Origin: Albugo candida
Lineage: Eukaryota
DNA: 64,000 nucleotides
Assembly (NCBI GenBank): GCA_040437565.1
Contig: JBDOQK010000001.1
Span: 372,001 to 436,000 of the forward strand
Direction of reading: 5' to 3'
A program made the position numbers and the translations under genes. Below are positions 60,465 to 64,000 of the stretch, piece after piece. Position 1 is the stretch's first letter; each line of letters begins with the position of its first letter. Below the pieces are notes generated by a model. It did no database searches and had not been told where the DNA came from. It was given only the letters and a program-made list of their open reading frames with translations.

Positions 60465-61354
60465 TAGAAAGAACGTGATTGCAACAATCCTGGCGAATGA
60501 TCTTTACAAGATGGCATAGAATCATGCGTCGTTGGTCCTTTGCATTGGATATTGCATGTTGACAGACGTTAAATTTTTTCATTAGCGTCCTTTTACAGGG
60601 GACAAACAAACGTGCATTTCCCTGAAGAGCTATAATTGCCGTGGCTGCTGGAATTGCTGAATTTTGTGCGATATCTGTTGCAATGTGATAGCTGTCAACC
60701 GGTCACAAACGCAAGGTATCAGACGCCCGACGCAATGACCGCGTGAATGATAACACCGCATTTGGGCTACTTCTCTATGAGAAATATGCCAACATGAAGT
60801 CGTTTAAAGGGATGATCTCTAAGAGACTGTGGTGCAGCATACATGGCAGTAAGAGTTCATACTTTCACATCCGCAAATACGTGTGCAATCGGCTTTTCCT
60901 TGAATTTTCTTTTCGGTTATCTTTTTGGAAAGCATTACACGGATATGGCTTTAATCGTACGAAGAAAGACAGCGCAGATACCAAATGCGCAGTAAAAGCG
61001 AAACTGGAAGAAAAAATACGTCAAATTTCATATTTTAGCTGCATGATGTGTAAAGACCTATTATCTTTCTTTTAGGGTGTTGACCTCCCGACAAATCTTT
61101 TTTTTTGAATTACAGCACTCCTAGTTGAATTATTACTCTCACAACTTTTTCTCTCTTGCAAAATACATAAATAATTTTACATTGCTAACTAATTAGATCC
61201 ATACACGCCCTAAATTGTTGCTCCAACACTTCAATCTTGCATTGTTTGTGATTGGCTAATACGCAGAAAGTTCAAACAGTGATAGGCTAATACATGTGAC
61301 AATTTCCTTTCAACACATATTTCTATCTCTATACGCTACCTACAAGATTGCAAT

Positions 61355-64000
61355 ATGCTTCCCCCACCAGTACGCCTACCTACAACACATTTGAAGAGCT
61401 ATTCAAAGCTGTCAAAGCTTACTCAGGAAAATCGACAGCGCCAAACTGCGTCCAAGTTAATTGACTGCTCGTGATTGCTCTACCCTACAATATATAAACG
61501 TGATTCAAATTAGAGATTGTTTGTGAAATATAGTCAGCATAACCATGAACAATCAAAAGAAATTTCTGGGCATCCAATAGCACGAAGGCTTACTATTGAG
61601 GCAAAAACTACAATTCAAAGGTGCCTTCAATCTGGAGTTAAACCTAGCGAGGCGAAGTGCAAGATTCATTAAAAAGAGCTAGCACGAGGGACATTTACAA
61701 TGAAACGGTAAAGTCATGAATTAGCCTCAGAAATTTGTGTACTTCAAAATGTTAAAATTTGATCTATATTCTAATCCTTTCCTTTCCAGGGTAAGATGCG
61801 AAATCAGTCCCTCAATGGCAAAACACAAATCGCACCACTACTTGAGGAACTCAAGGAAGACCATTACATCTTTCAACCCAATGCAGCAATGACAGCAATC
61901 TGAGGCACCTTTTTTTGCCAATCCAACGTCTATCAAATTGACACGACGCTTTTCTTCTGCTTTTTTGGACTGCACATAGAAGACAAACACGTATAAAAAT
62001 GCCCCTGCTGTAACAACCTCCATTGTACATGCATGCATAGTTCTATATAGTCGGAGAACTGGACTAGCCAATCAGATAGGTGAACTAGGATTCTTTGATT
62101 AAAATCTCACTTTCCATTTTTAGCAAATAGAGCTCCGCTAGCAAATATCTTCCTTTGCTTCCGCCCCCTTCCTCCTGCCAGCGTTACAACTGGTAGCACT
62201 TGTTGGTCGTTTAACTCAAAGGTCGTTGGTCGTACGGAAGGAGTTTTCCTTACGCACTGTTTAGCGTCACGACATTGGGAAAGCCGCTCACCGAGTGTTT
62301 GTCGTTTGTTCCGGTCTGCTTGGTTGGACATTTTTTTGTTTTTTTGGTTATCATGACGTCATTGAACCCTCAAGGAACTTCTCAGTTTGCCGGCTACTAC
62401 GTAACCCGCCAATTTAGTACAAACAACTCGAAAAACTACTTTCTTCAACTCTTTCCTCTCTAAAACAATGGTCCAAGTCGACATATCGACACAACCAAGG
62501 GTGCTAGCGTCCACTTGTAGTGACGTGGCAACCCTCATGAGTCCCCCTGTTTTGGGTGATTGCATGATTGTTGATGAGTCATCACCCCTGTCTGATGACG
62601 TGGAAAGTACCCCCACCCCCAGTGTGACGGTACAGGGTAATACCGGTACTACCGGTGCAGGATGCGGTACCGGTGGTACATGCGGCACTGTCGTTGCCTC
62701 GTCACAGGGTGACCAAAAGGCAACTGCAACTGTGGACGACACCAAAGGTCCCNNNNNNNNNNNNNNNNNNNNNNNNNNNNNNNNNNNNNNNNNNNNNNNN
62801 NNNNNNNNNNNNNNNNNNNNNNNNNNNNNNNNNNNNNNNNNNNNNNNNNNNNTCATTGGAATGTTCTCATCGCCGATTTCAAGAAGCGACAACGAGAATT
62901 CAATTCCGGGAGGATGTACCAACCTCCATTGTACATGCATGCATAGTTCTATATAGTTGGAGAACTGGACTAGCCAATCCTATAGGTGAATCAGGATTCT
63001 TTAATTAAAAACCTCACTTTCCAGTTTTTAGCAAATAGAGCTCCACCAGCAAATATCTTCCTTTGTTTCCTCCCCCTTCCTCCTGCCGGCGTTACACCTG
63101 CTCCTTGCTGTTGGATTCACTTGCCTCAATTCAACATTCTCATCATCCTTTACATTCCTGCGAAGGAGCATCAGGAGGAATACATATGGGTGCTAAATCA
63201 GATCAAAAGTATATATAATGGGCTATCGTCTCCCAAATTCATAATCATAGATCGCGAGCTTGCGCCAGTAAGAGCTGTACAGGAACAGCTAACAAGCAAG
63301 CATCTCTTTTGTCGCTGGCATATTGAAAAAAAATGTACTGGCAAACTGTAAGGGCAAATTTGATACTTCAAAAAAAATTGATGATTTTATGAATGATTGG
63401 TCACACGTAAGTAATGTGTTTCATGAAAAACTCAGATTCTATCAGTCTCTAATTACAAAAATCATTCTTATAGTTGCAGAAAAGCAGAAATCCTTAGCAG
63501 CTCGTGGGAAAAGATGAAATTAAAGTATGAATCAAAGCCAATTTATTGTTGTACCTGAAAGAGACATGGCTTGTGCACAAGGAGCGATTTTTAACAACAT
63601 GGGCAACGTTTTAACCTCGTTTCGAGAATAATAAAACATCGCGAGTTGAAGGAGCACATGCCACAATCAAAAAATGATTAAAGGTGTCAACAATAGATCT
63701 ACGCAATGTAAGAGCCAAGTCGACTAATTGTCTACAACAGCAAGAGAGGGAGTTTCGGAGAGCAGTTGCAGCAACAGAAATTCGAATTTACCATAATATA
63801 AAATGACAGGATATATGATGGTGTAGTGCGTAAGGTGTCAAGGAGGGCTTGGCTGGAAACAGGGCAGGAACTTGCACGCATGCTTTTGAAGCAATATATG
63901 GTCTATCCTGCTGGCACTCACTTAAAAAAAATAGATAATGACCAACCTCTCTTACCGTACGACATCCATCAGGATTGGCACCTTTCTCCAAAAACCGAAT
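61355..64000 (+). mobile_element. Mutator/MULE (FAR1-like) transposase pseudogene, interrupted by an LTR element and running off the window
   Basis: 'HNHE...GHPIARRL', 'LDCT*KTNTYK-MPL|LLAVGFTCLNSTF', 'IIIDRELA', 'LFCRWHIEKNV', 'YLKETWL.HKERF', 'TSRVEGAHATIK'. Stops and frameshifts throughout. Confidence 0.85.
62009..63096 (+). mobile_element. Gypsy LTR retrotransposon of the same family as 41200..42141, nested in the MULE
   Basis: LTRs 62009..62188 and 62915..63096 (TGTA...TACA). TSD CCTGC (62004..62008, 63097..63101). PBS-like TGGTAGCA at 62191, PPT GGGAGGA, probable gag start at 62468. Interior is gapped. Confidence 0.92.

Noticed and set aside
61075..61200. Possible left TIR of the MULE (GGGTGTTGACC...)
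   Set aside because: The other end is outside the window, so no inverted repeat or TSD can be verified.
1..64000. CRISPR arrays, rRNA, prokaryotic operons or defence systems
   Set aside because: None seen. The sequence is intron-containing eukaryotic DNA, and the PD-ExK motif belongs to the CRN.

Overview
Eukaryotic, low-GC (roughly 40-45% by eye) draft-scaffold window. It is most likely from an oomycete, probably Albugo-like; this is inferred from an LYLAK/HVLVxxP Crinkler, ~55-nt GT-AG introns and very short intergenic spacers. Two compact housekeeping blocks are present. The first (~17-38 kb) holds a class I heme peroxidase, TBC Rab-GAP, ACBP, DBP4/DDX10, Rab32/38-type GTPase, P4-ATPase, a C2-TPR-TM protein and Pumilio. 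The second (~55-60.5 kb) holds a TAF1A/Rrn11-like gene and an ankyrin-DHHC acyltransferase. These alternate with decayed, repeat-rich blocks (~1-16, 38-54, 61-64 kb). The decayed blocks contain: an intact CRN (REase+kinase); a TPX2-like gene; five remnants of one large unidentified Cys-patterned gene family; three pieces of a tail-less zf-RVT LINE, all in or abutting that family; a tRNA-derived SINE with a 16-bp TSD; two chromodomain-family Gypsy elements with ~180-bp LTRs and 5-bp TSDs, one nested in a MULE transposase; a PWP1/PI4K gene-fragment mosaic; and a small secreted protein with a dead paralog. All twelve N-runs are exactly 100 nt. Most have duplicated flanks, an assembly artefact that inflates several ORFs. 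I found no unambiguous new biological system. The best leads are the decayed family with its retroelement insertions, the possibly secreted CcP-type peroxidase and the gene-fragment mosaic. All homology calls rest on motif recognition by eye, not database searches.
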